DNA of 64,000 nt, from NCBI GenBank assembly GCA_964016885.1, contig OZ024749.1, positions 21,390,001 through 21,454,000 on the forward strand. Direction: 5' to 3'. This document shows, in pieces, positions 26,372 to 39,449 of this stretch (within the stretch, counting starts at the first letter, position 1; the number at the start of each line of letters is the position of its first letter). A program made the position numbers and the translations under genes. Source of the DNA: Eledone cirrhosa. Lineage: Eukaryota. The notes under the pieces were generated by a model. It was not told the origin of the DNA. It searched no databases and saw only the letters and a list, made by a program, of their open reading frames with translations.

Positions 26372-29009
26372 GATTTAGGGTTAGTGTTAGGGTTAAGGTT
26401 AGGGTTATGGTTGGGGTTATGGTTAGGGTTAAGGTTAATGTTTAGGGTTTAGGGTTTAGGGTTAGGCTTAGGGTTAGGGTTAGGTTTAGTGTTAGGGTTT
26501 AGGGTTAGGGTTTGGGGTTGGGTCAAGTTTAGGGTTAGGGTTAGGGGTAGGTTTAGCGTTAAGTTTAGGGTTAGGTTTAGCGTTAGGGTTAGGGTTAGGA
26601 GTAGGATTTAGGGTTAGGTTTAGGGTTACATTTAGGGTTAACATTTTATCATTTTTTCGATTTTTTCAATTTTTCGATTTTTTCTATTTTTTCATTATTT
26701 CACTATTAAATTTTTTTTCGATCTTTTCATTTTTTCCTTTTTTGGAATTTTATATTTTTTCGATTTTTTCATTTTTTTCCTTTTTGGGATTTTTATATTT
26801 TTTCGATTTTTTCACTTTTTTCATTTTTTTAATTTTTTAGCGTTAGGGTTAGGGTTAGGGTTAGCGTTAGGGTTAGGGTTAGGGGTAGGGTTAGCGTTAA
26901 GGTTAGGGTTAGGGTTAGGGTTATGGTAAGGGTTAGGATTAGGATTTAGGGTTAGGGTTAGGATTAGGATTTAGGGTTAGGGTTAGGGTTATGTTTAGGG
27001 TTTTTTTCATTTTTACGATTTTTCAATTTTTCGATTCTTTCGATTTTTTCATTATTTCATTTTTAAATTTTTTTTCGATTTTTTCATTTTTTCCTTTTTG
27101 GGATTTTTCCACTTTTTCGATTTTTTTCATTTTTTCATTTTTTTAGCGTTAGGGCTATGGTTATGGATAGGGTTAGTGTTTAGGGTTTAGGGTTTAGGGT
27201 TATGGTTAGGGTTAGGGTTACGTTTAGTGTTAGGTTTAGGGTTAGGGTTTGGGTTAGGGTTTAGGATTTAGGGTTTAGGTTTAGGTTTATGGTTAGGGTT
27301 AGGGTTAAGGTTAGAGTTAGAGTTAGGATTAGGGTTTAGGGTTAGGATTAGGGTTTATGGGTAGGGTTAGGTTTTGGGTTAGGGTTAGGATTACGTTTTT
27401 TCATTTTTTTTATTTTTTCCCTTTTTCTATTTTTCGACTTTTTCATTTTTTCATTTTCTCAATTTTTTAGCTTTAGGGTTATGGGTAAGGTTAGCGTTAA
27501 GGTTAGGGATAGGTTTAGGGTTAGGGTTAGGGTTAGGGTTAGGGTTAGTGTTTGTGTTACGGTTACAGTTAGGGCTAGGGTTAGGATTTAGCGTTAGGGT
27601 TAGGGTTTCTTTTTTTCATTTTTTCGATTTTTTCGTTTTTCGATTGTTTTAGATTTTTTAATTTTATCCTTCTTTCGATTTTTTCGATTTTTTCATTTTT
27701 TTTTAATTTTCTTTTTTGTGATTTTTTCCATTTTTTCATTATTTAACTTTTTAATTTTTTTTAGATTTTTTCCTTTTTTCCTTTTATGGATTCTTTCATT
27801 TTTTCAATTTTTTAGCGTTACGTTTCGGGGTATGGACAAGGTTAGGGTTAGGGTTAAGGTTTGTGTTAGTGTTACGGTTAGAGTTAAGGTTAGGGTTAGG
27901 GTTTAGAGTTAGGGTTAGGGTTATTGTTAGGGTTAGGATTAGTGTTAGTGTTAGTGTTACGGTTTGAGTTAGAGTTAGGATTAGGGTTTAGGGTTAGGGT
28001 TAGGTTTAGGGTTAGGGTTAGGGTTAGGATTAGGGTTAGGGTTAATGTTAAGGATTTAGGGTTTAGGGTTAGGGTTAGGGTTAGGGTTAGGGATAGTGTT
28101 AGTGTTATGGTTACAGTTAGGGCTAGGGTTAGGATTTAGTGTTAGGGTTAGGGTTTCGTTTTTACATTTTTTCGATTTTTTCATTTTTCGATTTTTAAAT
28201 TTTTAGATTTTTTTAGATTTTTTAATTTTATCCTTATCTCGATTTTTTCGATTTTTTTTTTTGATTTTTTCATCTTTTTTAGAATTTTCTTTTTGATTTT
28301 TTCGATTTTACGATTTTTTCGATTTTTTCATTTTTTCACTTTTTCATTTTGTCAAATTTTCGATTTTCTCAATTTTTTCATTTTACCATTTTTGCGATTT
28401 CTTCTATTTTGAGATTTTTTTCGATTTTTTCATTTTTTCATTTTTACGATTTTTTTCGGGTTACGGTTGGGGTCAGGGTTAAGGTTTAGGTTTAGGATTT
28501 AGGGTTAGGGTTAGGGTTACGATTTAGGGTCAGTGTTAGGGTTAAGGTTAGGGTAATGTTTAGGGTTATGGTTAGGGTTAGGGAAATGTTTAGGGTTTAG
28601 GGTTTAGGGTTAGGGTTAGGTTTAGTGTTAGGGTTAGGGTTTAGGGTTAGTGTTAGGGTTAGGGTTAGGGTTAGGGTTAGGGTTAGGGTTAAGTTTAGGG
28701 TTAGAGTTAGGGGTAGGGTTAGCGTTAAGGTTAGGGTTAGGTTTAGCGTTAGGATTAGGGTTAAGGTTAGGAGTAGGATTTAGGGTTAGGGTAGGGTTAG
28801 GTTTAGGGTTAAGGTATTTCATTTTTTCGATTTTTTCATTATTTAACTTTTAAATTTTTTTTCGATTTTTTTATTTTTTCCTTTTTTTGGATTCTTCCAT
28901 TTTTTCGAATTTTTCATTTGTTCATTTTTTCAATTTTTTAGCGTTACGTTTAGGGGTATGGATAGGGTTAGGGTTAGGGTTAAGGTTAGTGTTAGTGTTA
29001 CGGTTAGAG

Positions 29010-29039
<30 letters not shown>
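20246..29039 (+). repeat. Near-perfect tandem duplication, unit 4385-4391 bp
   Basis: Identical pseudo-ORFs at offset 4385 (21018/25403, 23333/27718, 23539/27924, 24249/28634). Only a few differences seen (substitutions near 24904 and 25828, one hexamer indel near 20731). Confidence 0.95.
21570..22298 (+). repeat. 358-bp tandem duplication with its junction inside a T-block (inherited by the copies at ~26.0 and ~33.7 kb)
   Basis: TGTTTACGG at 21591 and 21949; TTAACA at 21895 and 22253. Confidence 0.85.
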
Positions 29040-29049
<10 letters not shown>

Positions 29050-29501
29050 TGGTTAGGGTTAGGATTAGTGTTAGTGTTACGGTTAGGGTTAGGATTAGGG
29101 TTTAGGGTTAGGGTTAGGGTTAATATTTCGGATTTAGGGTTTAGGGTTAGGGTTAGGGTTATTGTTAGTGTTACGGTTACAGTTAGGATTATGGTTAGGA
29201 TTTCGGGTTAGGGTTAGGGTTTCGTTTTTTCATTTTTTCGATTTTTTTCATTTTTCGATATTTTCATTTTTCGATTTTTTTCGATTTTTTCATTTTATCC
29301 TTCATTCGATTTTTTCATTTCTTTCGAATTTTCTTTTCATTTTTTCGATTTTACCTTTTTTTCGATTTTTTCACTTTTTCATCTTTTTGAATTTTCGATT
29401 TTCTAGATTTTTTCATTTTACCATTTTTTCGATTTTTTCTATTTTTAGATTCTTTTCGATCTTTTCATTTTTTCAGGTTTTCGATTTTTTAGTGTTAGGG
29501 T

Positions 29502-29536
<35 letters not shown>

Positions 29537-29966
29537 GATTTAGGGTTAGTGTAGGGTTAAGGTTAGGGTTATGGTTAGGGTTATGGTTAGGGTTAAGGTT
29601 AATGTTTAGGGTTTAGGGTTAGGGTTAGGGTTAGGGTTAGGGTTACAGTTAGGGTTAGGGTTAGGATTTAGAGTTAGGGTTAGGGTTTCGTTTTTTCATT
29701 TTTTCGATTTTTTCATTTTTCGATTTTTTCATTTTTCGATTTTTTTAGATTTTTTTCATTTTCTCCTTCTTTCGATATTTTCGATTTTCTCGATTTTTTC
29801 ATGTTACCATTGTTTCGATTTTTTAGTGTTATTGTTTAGGGTTAGGGTTAAGGGTTAGGGTTAGGGTTAGGATTTAGGGTTAGTGTTACGGTTAAAGCTA
29901 GGGTTATGGTTAGGGTTATGGTTAGGATTAAGGTTAATGTTTAGGGTTTAGGGTTTAGGGTTAGGG

Positions 29967-29999
<33 letters not shown>

Positions 30000-31307
30000 T
30001 GGGTAGGGTTAAGTTTAGGGTTAGGGTTAGGGGTAGGGTTAGCGTTAAGTTTAGGGTTAGGGTTAGGTTTAGCGTTAGGGTTAGGGTTAGGAGTAGGATT
30101 TAGGGTTAGATTTAGGGTTACATTTAGGGTTAAGATTTTTTCATTTTTTCGATTTTTTCAATTTTTTGATTTTTTCGACTATTTCATTATTTCACTTTTT
30201 CATTATTTCACTTTTTTTTCATTATTTCACTTTTTTTCGATTTTTCCATTTTTTCCATTTTGGGATTTTTCCATTTTTTCAATTTTTTCATTTTTTTAAT
30301 TTTTTAGCGTTAGGGTTAGGGTTAGGGTTAGGTTTAGGTTTAGGGTTAGGGTTTATGATTTAGGGTTTCGGTTTAGGTTTATGGTTAGGGTTAGTGTTAA
30401 GGTTAGTGTTAGTGTTTCGGTTAGAGTTAGGGTTAGAATTAGGGTTAGGGTTTAGGAATTAGGGTTTAGGGTTAGGGTTAGGGTTAGGTTTAGTGTTAGG
30501 TTTAGGGTTAGGGTTAGGGTTAGGGTTACGGTTTAGGATTTAGGGTCTAGGTTTAGGGTTATGGTTAGGGTTAGGGTTAAGGTTAGTGTTAGTGTTTCGG
30601 TTATAGTTAGGGTTAGGGTTTAGGGTCAGGGTTAGGGTTATGGTTAGGGTTAGGATTAGTGTTAGTGTTAGTGTTACGGTTAGAGTTAGAGTTAGGAATA
30701 GGGTTTAGGGGTAGGGTTAGGTTTAGTGTTACGGTTAGGGTTACGTTTTTTCATTTTTTTTATTTTTTCACTTTTTCTAATTTTCGATTTTTTCATTTTT
30801 TCATTTTCTCAATTTTTTAGCGTTACGGTTATGGGTAAGGTTAGCGTTAAGGTTAGGGATAGGTTTAGGGTTAGGTTTGGGGTTAGGATTATGGTTAGGG
30901 TTAGGGTTAATGTTTAGGATTTAGGGTTTAGGGTTAGGGTTAGGGTTAGGGTTAGGGTTAGTGTTAGTGTTACGGTTACAGTTAGGGTTAGGGTTAGGAT
31001 TTAGAGTTAGGGTTTCATCTTTTCTATTTTTCATTTTTCGATTTTTTCATTTTTCGATTTTTTTAGATTTTTTCATTTTATCCTTCTTTCGATTTATTCG
31101 ATTTTTTCATTTCTTTCAAATTTTTTTTCTTCATTTTTTCGATTTTACGATTTTTTCGATTTTTTTTTCATTTTTTCACTTTTTCATTTTTTCGAATTTT
31201 CGATTTTCTGGATTTTTTCATATTACCATTTTTTCGATTTTTTCTATTAGATTTTTTTTGATTTTTTGATTTTTTGATTTTTTCGATTTTTTAGTTTTAT
31301 TGTTTAC

Positions 31308-31338
<31 letters not shown>

Positions 31339-31665
31339 GATTTAGGGTTAGTGTTAGGTTTAAGGTTAGGGTTATGGTTAGGGTTATGGTTAGGCTTAAG
31401 GTTAATGTTTAGGGTTTAGGGTTTAGGGTTAGGGTTAGGGTTAGGGTTAGGTTTAGTGTTAGGGTTTAGGGTTAGGGTTTGGGGTTGGGTTAAGTTTAGG
31501 GTTAGGGTTAGGGGTAGGTTTAGCGTTAAGTTTAGGGTTAGGTTTAGCGTTAGGGTTAGGGTTAGGAGTAGGATTTAGGGTTAGGTTTAGGGTTACATTT
31601 AGGGTTAACATTTTTTCATTTTTTCGATTTTTTCAATTTTTCGATTTTTTAGTGTTATTGTTTAC

Positions 31666-31696
<31 letters not shown>

Positions 31697-32240
31697 GATT
31701 TAGGGTTAGAGTTATGGTTAGGGTTAGGATTAGGGCTAGTGTTAGTGCTACGGTTAGAGTTAGAGTTAGGATTAGGGATTAGGGGTTGGGTTAGGTCTAG
31801 TGTTAGGGTTAGGGTTACGTTTTTTCATTTTTATTATTTTTTGACTTTTTCAAATTTTCGATTTTTTCATAATTTCATTCTCAATTTTTTAGCGTTAGGG
31901 TTATAGGTAAGGTTAGCGTTAAGGTTATGGATAGGTTTAAGGTTAGGGTTGGGGTTAGGATTAGGGTTAGGATTAGGGTTAATGTTTATGATTTAGGGTT
32001 TAGGGTTAGGGTTAGGATTAGAGTTAGTGTTAGTGTTAGTGTTACGGTTACAGTTAGGGTTAGGGTTAGGATTTAGAGTTAGGGTTAGGGTTTCGTTTTT
32101 TCATTTTTTCGATTTTTTCATTTTTCGATTTTTTCATTTTTCGATTTTTTTAGATTTTTTTCATTTTCTCCTTCTTTCGATATTTTCGATTTTCTCGATT
32201 TTTTCATGTTACCATTGTTTCGATTTTTTAGTGTTATTGT

Positions 32241-32275
<35 letters not shown>

Positions 32276-32371
32276 GATTTAGGGTTAGTGTTACGGTTAA
32301 AGCTAGGGTTATGGTTAGGGTTATGGTTAGGATTAAGGTTAATGTTTAGGGTTTAGGGTTTAGGGTTAGGC

Positions 32372-32404
<33 letters not shown>

Positions 32405-34056
32405 TGGGTAGGGTTAAGTTTAGGGTTAGGGTTAGGGGTAGGGTTAGCGTTAAGTTTAGGGTTAGGGTTAGGGTTTGGAGTAGGATTTAGGGTTAGATTT
32501 AGGGTTACATTTAGGGTTAAGATTTTTTCATCTTTTCGATTTTTTCAATTTTTTGATTTTTTCGACTATTTCATTATTTCACTTTTTCATTATTTCACTT
32601 TTTTTTCATTATTTCACTTTTTTTCGATTTTTCCATTTTTTGCATTTTGGGATTTTTCCATTTTTTCAATTTTTTAATTTTTTTAATTTTTTAGCGTTAG
32701 GGTTAGGGTTAGGGTTAGGTTTAGGTTTAGGGTTAGTGTTAGGGTTAGGGTTTATGATTTAGGGTTTCGGTTTAGGTTTATGGTTAGGGTTAGTGTTAAG
32801 GTTAGTGCTAGTGTTTCGGTTAGAGTTAGGGTTAGAATTAGGGTTTAGGAATTAGGGTTTAGGGTTAGGGTTAGGGTTAGGTTTAGTGTTAGGTTTAGGG
32901 TTAGGGTTAGGGTTAGGGTTACGGTTTAGGATTTAGGGTCTAGGTTTAGGGTTATGGTTAGGGTTAGGGTTAAGGTTAGTGTTAGTGTTTCGGTTATAGT
33001 TAGGGTTAGGGTTTAGGGTCAGGGTTAGGGTTATGGTTAGGGTTAGGATTAGTGTTAGTGTTAGTGTTACGGTTAGAGTTAGAGTTAGGAATAGGGTTTA
33101 GGGGTAGGGTTAGGTTTAGTGTTAGGGTTAGGGTTACGTTTTTTCATTTTTTTTATTTTTTCACTTTTTCTAATTTTCGATTTTTTCATTTTTTCATTTT
33201 CTCAATTTTTTAGCGTTACGGTTATGGGTAAGGTTAGCGTTAAGGTTAGGGATAGGTTTAGGGTTAGGTTTGGGGTTAGGATTATGGTTAGGGTTAGGGT
33301 TAATGTTTAGGATTTAGGGTTTAGGGTTAGGGTTAGGGTTAGGGTTAGTGTTAGTGTTACGGTTACAGTTAGGGTTAGGGTTAGGATTTAGAGTTAGGGT
33401 TTCGTTTTTTCATCTTTTCTATTTTTCATTTTTCGATTTTTTCATTTTTCGATTTTTTTAGATTTTTTCATTTTATCCTTCTTTCGATTTATTCGATTTT
33501 TTCATTTCTTTCAAATTTTTTTTCATTTTTTCGATTTTACGATTTTTTCGATTTTTTTTCATTTTTTCACTTTTTCATTTTTTCGAGTTTTCGATTTTCT
33601 GGATTTTTTCATATTACCATTTTTTCGATTTTTTCTATTAGATTTTTTTTGATTTTTTGATTTTTTCATTTTTTCGATTTTTTAGTTTTATTGTTTACGG
33701 TTAGGGTTTAGGGTTAGGTTTAGGGTTAGGATTTAGGGTTAGTGTTAGGTTTAAGGTTAGGGTTATGGTTAGGGTTATGGTTAGGCTTAAGGTTAATGTT
33801 TAGGGTTTAGGGTTTAGGGTTAGGGTTAGGGTTAGGGTTAGGTTTAGTGTTAGGGTTTAGGGTTAGGGTTTGGGGTTGGGTTAAGTTTAGGGTTAGGGTT
33901 AGGGGTAGGTTTAGCGTTAAGTTTAGGGTTAGGTTTAGCGTTAGGGTTAGGGTTAGGAGTAGGATTTAGGGTTAGGTTTAGGGTTACATTTAGGGTTAAC
34001 ATTTTTTCATTTTTTCGATTTTTTCAATTTTTCGATTTTTTAGTGTTATTGTTTAC

Positions 34057-34087
<31 letters not shown>

Positions 34088-35824
34088 GATTTAGGGTTAG
34101 TGTTAGGGTTAAGGTTAGGGTTATGGTTGGGGTTATGGTTAGGGTTAAGGTTAATGTTTAGGGTTTAGGGTTTAGGGTTAGGCTTAGGGTTAGGGTTAGG
34201 TTTAGTGTTAGGGTTTAGGGTTAGGGTTTGGGGTTGGGTCAAGTTTAGGGTTAGGGTTAGGGGTAGGTTTAGCGTTAAGTTTAGGGTTAGGTTTAGCGTT
34301 AGGGTTAGGGTTAGGAGTAGGATTTAGGGTTAGGTTTAGGGTTACATTTAGGGTTAACATTTTATCATTTTTTCGATTTTTTCAATTTTTCGATTTTTTC
34401 TATTTTTTCATTATTTCACTATTAAATTTTTTTTCGATCTTTTCATTTTTTCCTTTTTTGGAATTTTATATTTTTTCGATTTTTTCATTTTTTTCCTTTT
34501 TGGGATTTTTATATTTTTTCGATTTTTTCATTTTTTTCATTTTTTAAATTTTTTAGCGTTAGGGTTAGGGTTAGGGTTAGCGTTAGGGTTAGGGTTAGGG
34601 GTAGGGTTAGCGTTAAGGTTAGGGTTAGGGTTAGGGTTATGGTAAGGGTTAGGATTAGGATTTAGGGTTAGGGTTAGGATTAGGATTTAGGGTTAGGGTT
34701 AGGGTTATGTTTAGGGTTTTTTTCATTTTTACGATTTTTCAATTTTTCGATTCTTTCGATTTTTTCATTATTTCATTTTTAAATTTTTTTTCGATTTTTT
34801 CATTTTTTCCTTTTTGGGATTTTTCCACTTTTTCGATTTTTTTCATTTTTTCATTTTTTTAGCGTTAGGGCTATGGTTATGGATAGGGTTAGTGTTTAGG
34901 GTTTAGGGTTTAGGGTTATGGTTAGGGTTAGGGTTACGTTTAGTGTTAGGTTTAGGGTTAGGGTTTGGGTTAGGGTTTAGGATTTAGGGTTTAGGTTTAG
35001 GTTTATGGTTAGGGTTAGGGTTAAGGTTAGAGTTAGAGTTAGGATTTGGGTTTAGGGTTAGGATTAGGGTTTATGGGTAGGGTTAGGTTTTGGGATAGGG
35101 TTAGGATTACGTTTTTTCATTTTTTTTATTTTTTCCCTTTTTCTATTTTTCGACTTTTTCATTTTTTCATTTTCTCAATTTTTTAGCTTTAGGGTTATGG
35201 GTAAGGTTAGCGTTAAGGTTAGGGATAGGTTTAGGGTTAGGGTTAGGGTTAGGGTTAGGGTTAGTGTTTGTGTTACGGTTACAGTTAGGGCTAGGGTTAG
35301 GATTTAGCGTTAGGGTTAGGGTTTCTTTTTTTCATTTTTTCGATTTTTTCGTTTTTCGATTGTTTTAGATTTTTTAATTTTATCCTTCTTTCGATTTTTT
35401 CGATTTTTTCATTTTTTTTTAATTTTCTTTTTTGTGATTTTTTCCATTTTTTCATTATTTAACTTTTTAATTTTTTTTAGATTTTTTCCTTTTTTCCTTT
35501 TATGGATTCTTTCATTTTTTCAATTTTTTAGCGTTACGTTTCGGGGTATGGACAAGGTTAGGGTTAGGGTTAAGGTTTGTGTTAGTGTTACGGTTAGAGT
35601 TAAGGTTAGGGTTAGGGTTTAGAGTTAGGGTTAGGGTTATTGTTAGGGTTAGGATTAGTGTTAGTGTTAGTGTTACGGTTTGAGTTAGAGTTAGGATTAG
35701 GGTTTAGGGTTAGGGTTAGGTTTAGGGTTAGGGTTAGGGTTAGGATTAGGGTTAGGGTTAATGTTAAGGATTTAGGGTTTAGGGTTAGGGTTAGGGTTAG
35801 GGTTAGGGATAGTGTTAGTGTTAT

Positions 35825-36923
35825 GGTTACAGTTAGGGCTAGGGTTAGGATTTAGTGTTAGGGTTAGGGTTTCGTTTTTACATTTTTTCGATTTTTTCAT
35901 TTTTCGATTTTTAAATTTTTAGATTTTTTTAGATTTTTTAATTTTATCCTTATCTCGATTTTTTCGATTTTTTTTTTGATTTTTTCATCTTTTTTAGAAT
36001 TTTCTTTTTGATTTTTTCGATTTTACGATTTTTTCGATTTTTTCATTTTTTCACTTTTTCATTTTGTCAAATTTTCGATTTTCTCAATTTTTTCATTTTA
36101 CCATTTTTGCGATTTCTTCTATTTTGAGATTTTTTTCGATTTTTTCATTTTTTCATTTTTACGATTTTTTTCGGGTTACGGTTGGGGTCAGGGTTAAGGT
36201 TTAGGTTTAGGATTTAGGGTTAGGGTTAGGGTTACGATTTAGGGTCAGTGTTAGGGTTAAGGTTAGGGTAATGTTTAGGGTTATGGTTAGGGTTAGGGAA
36301 ATGTTTAGGGTTTAGGGTTTAGGGTTAGGGTTAGGTTTAGTGTTAGGGTTAGGGTTTAGGGTTAGTGTTAGGGTTACAGTTAGGGCTAGGGTTAGGATTT
36401 AGTGTTAGGGTTAGGGTTTCGTTTTTACATTTTTTCGATTTTTTCATTTTTCGATTTTTAAATTTTTAGATTTTTTTAGATTTTTTAATTTTATCCTTAT
36501 CTCGATTTTTCCGATTTTTTTTTTTGATTTTTTCATCTTTTTTAGAATTTTCTTTTTGATTTTTTCGATTTTACGATTTTTTCGATTTTTTCATTTTTTC
36601 ACTTTTTCATTTTGTCAAATTTTCGATTTTCTCAATTTTTTCATTTTACCATTTTTGCGATTTCTTCTATTTTGAGATTTTTTTCGATTTTTTCATTTTT
36701 TCATTTTTACGATTTTTTTCGGGTTACGGTTGGGGTCAGGGTTAAGGTTTAGGTTTAGGATTTAGGGTTAGGGTTAGGGTTACGATTTAGGGTCAGTGTT
36801 AGGGTTAAGGTTAGGGTAATGTTTAGGGTTATGGTTAGGGTTAGGGAAATGTTTAGGGTTTAGGGTTTAGGGTTAGGGTTAGGTTTAGTGTTAGGGTTAG
36901 GGTTTAGGGTTAGTGTTAGGGTT
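35825..36923 (+). repeat. 547-bp near-perfect tandem duplication
   Basis: GGTTACAGTTAGGGCTAGGG at 35825 and 36372. Accounts for the offset change from 7716 to 8263. Confidence 0.93.
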
Positions 36924-37272
36924 AGGGTTAGGGTTAGGGTTAGGGTTAGGGTTAAGTTTAGGGTTAGAGTTAGGGGTAGGGTTAGCGTTAAGGTTAGGGT
37001 TAGGTTTAGCGTTAGGATTAGGGTTAAGGTTAGGAGTAGGATTTAGGGTTAGGGTAGGGTTAGGTTTAGGGTTAAGGTATTTCATTTTTTCGATTTTTTC
37101 ATTATTTAACTTTTAAATTTTTTTTCGATTTTTTTATTTTTTCCTTTTTTTGGATTCTTCCATTTTTTCGAATTTTTCATTTGTTCATTTTTTCAATTTT
37201 TTAGCGTTACGTTTAGGGGTATGGATAGGGTTAGGGTTAGGGTTAAGGTTAGTGTTAGTGTTACGGTTAGAG

Positions 37273-37312
<40 letters not shown>

Positions 37313-37764
37313 TGGTTAGGGTTAGGATTAGTGTTAGTGTTACGGTTAGGGTTAGGATTAGGGTTTAGGGTTAGGGTTAGGGTTAATATTTCGGATTTAG
37401 GGTTTAGGGTTAGGGTTAGGGTTATTGTTAGTGTTACGGTTACAGTTAGGATTATGGTTAGGATTTCGGGTTAGGGTTAGGGTTTCGTTTTTTCATTTTT
37501 TCGATTTTTTTCATTTTTCGATATTTTCATTTTTCGATTTTTTTCGATTTTTTCATTTTATCCTTCATTCGATTTTTTCATTTCTTTCGAATTTTCTTTT
37601 CATTTTTTCGATTTTACCTTTTTTTCGATTTTTTCACTTTTTCATCTTTTTGAATTTTCGATTTTCTAGATTTTTTCATTTTACCATTTTTTCGATTTTT
37701 TCTATTTTTAGATTCTTTTCGATCTTTTCATTTTTTCAGGTTTTCGATTTTTTAGTGTTAGGGT

Positions 37765-37799
<35 letters not shown>

Positions 37800-38373
37800 G
37801 ATTTAGGGTTAGTGTAGGGTTAAGGTTAGGGTTATGGTTAGGGTTATGGTTAGGGTTAAGGTTAATGTTTAGGGTTTAGGGTTAGGGTTAGGGTTAGGGT
37901 TAGGGCTAGGGTTAGGGTTAGGGTTAGGGTTAGGTTCAGTGTTAGGGTTAGGGTTAGGGTTAGGGCTTAGAATTTAGGGTTTAGGTTTAGGGTTACAGTT
38001 AGGGTTATGGTTAGTGTTAGTGTTACGGTTAGTGTCACGGTTAGAGTTAGGTTTAGGGTTAGGGTTTAGGGTTAGGGTTAGTATTAGTGTTAATGTTAGG
38101 GTTAAGTTTAGGGTTAGGGATAGGTTTAGGGTTACTTTTTTTCATTTTTTCGATTTTTTCATTTTTCTATTTTTCGATTTTTTTTGATTTTTTCATTTTC
38201 ATTTTTTCAATTTTTTCAATTTTTTCGATTTCTAGGGTTAGGGTTAGGGTTAAGTTTAGGGTTAGGGTTAGGGTTAGGGTTAGGGTTAGGGTTTAGGATT
38301 TAGGATTTAGGGTTTAGGTTTAGGGTTAGGGTTAGGGTTAGGGTTAGTGTTAGTCTTACGGTTAGAGTTAGGG

Positions 38374-38414
<41 letters not shown>

Positions 38415-38546
38415 GGTTAGGGTTAGGGTTAGTGTTAGGGTTAGGGCTATGTTTTTTTCATTTTTTCGATTTTTTCATGTTTTCGAATTTTCGATTTTCT
38501 CGATTTTTTCATTCTACCATCTTTTCTATTTTTCGATTATTTAGGG

Positions 38547-38585
<39 letters not shown>

Positions 38586-39036
38586 TAGGGTTAGTGTTAG
38601 GGTTAGGGTTAGGGTTAGGGTTAGGATTAATGTTTAGGGTTTAGGGTTTAGGGTTAGTGTTAGGGTTAGGGTTAGGGTTAGGTTTAGTGTTAGGGTTAGG
38701 GTTTAGGGTTAGCGTTAGGGGTAGGGTTAAGTTTAGGGTTAGGGTTAGGGTTAGGGTTAGCGTTAGGTTTATGATTAGGGTTAGGGGTAGGGTTAGCGTT
38801 AAGGTTAGGGTTAGGGTTAGGTTTAGCGTTAGGGTCAGTGTTAGCGTTAGGATTAGGATTTAGGGTTAGCGTTAGGGTTAAGTTTAGAGTTAGGATTAGG
38901 GTTAGCGTTAGGGTTAGGGTTAGGGTTAGGAGTAGGGTTAGCGTTAAGGTTAGGGTTAGGTTTAGGTTTAGGTTTAGCGTTAGGGTTAGGGTTAGGGTTA
39001 AGGTTAGTGTTAGTGTTAGGGTTAGAGTTAGGGTCT

Positions 39037-39067
<31 letters not shown>

Positions 39068-39367
39068 TGGTTATGGTTAGGGTTAGGGTTAGTTTTAGTG
39101 TTTCGGTTAGAGTTAGTGTTAGGGTTAGGGTTTAGGGTTAGGGTAAGGGTTAGGGTTAGGTTTAGGTTTAGGGTTAGGGTTAGGTATAGTGTTAGGGTTA
39201 GGGTTTGGGTTAGGGGTTAGAATTTAGGGTTTTGGTTTAGGGTTAAAGTTAGGGTTAGAGTTAGTGTTAGTGTTACGGTTAGTGTTACGGTTAGAGTTAG
39301 GGTTAGGGTTATGGTTAGGGCTAGGGTTAGGGTTAGGGTTAGTTTTAGTGTTTCGGTTAGAGTTAGT

Positions 39368-39400
<33 letters not shown>

Positions 39401-39449
39401 AAGGGTTAGGGTTAGTGTTTAGGGGTAGGGTTAGGTTTAGGGTTAGGGT

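Larger units (their letters stand above)
1861..37905 (+). repeat. Subfamily I domain: ~1.0-1.6 kb monomer with ordered T-blocks C-A-(D)-B
   Basis: Recurring landmarks GTTACGGTTACAGTTAGGG, TTAGGAGTAGGATTTAGGG, GGTTACATTTAGGGTTAAGA, TATGGATAGGG, TTTTATCCTTCTTTCGA. C-block starts at ~7270, 8652, 9893, 13574, 14916, 16025, 17587, 18905, 19984, 21298. Confidence 0.88.
17542..37905 (+). repeat. Tandem duplication of a ~7.7 kb higher-order unit (17542-29640 and 29641-37905)
   Basis: Identical or near-identical pseudo-ORFs at offsets 12101-12108 (18064/30166, 18624/30726, 20446/32553, 23333/35434), 7716 (27718/35434) and 8263 (28634/36897, 28887/37150, 29162/37425). Confidence 0.93.

Noticed and set aside
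1861-37905. CRISPR-like repeat-spacer array
   Set aside because: The alternating blocks are long, variable in length and low in complexity. The apparent spacers are themselves repeated, and there are no cas genes.
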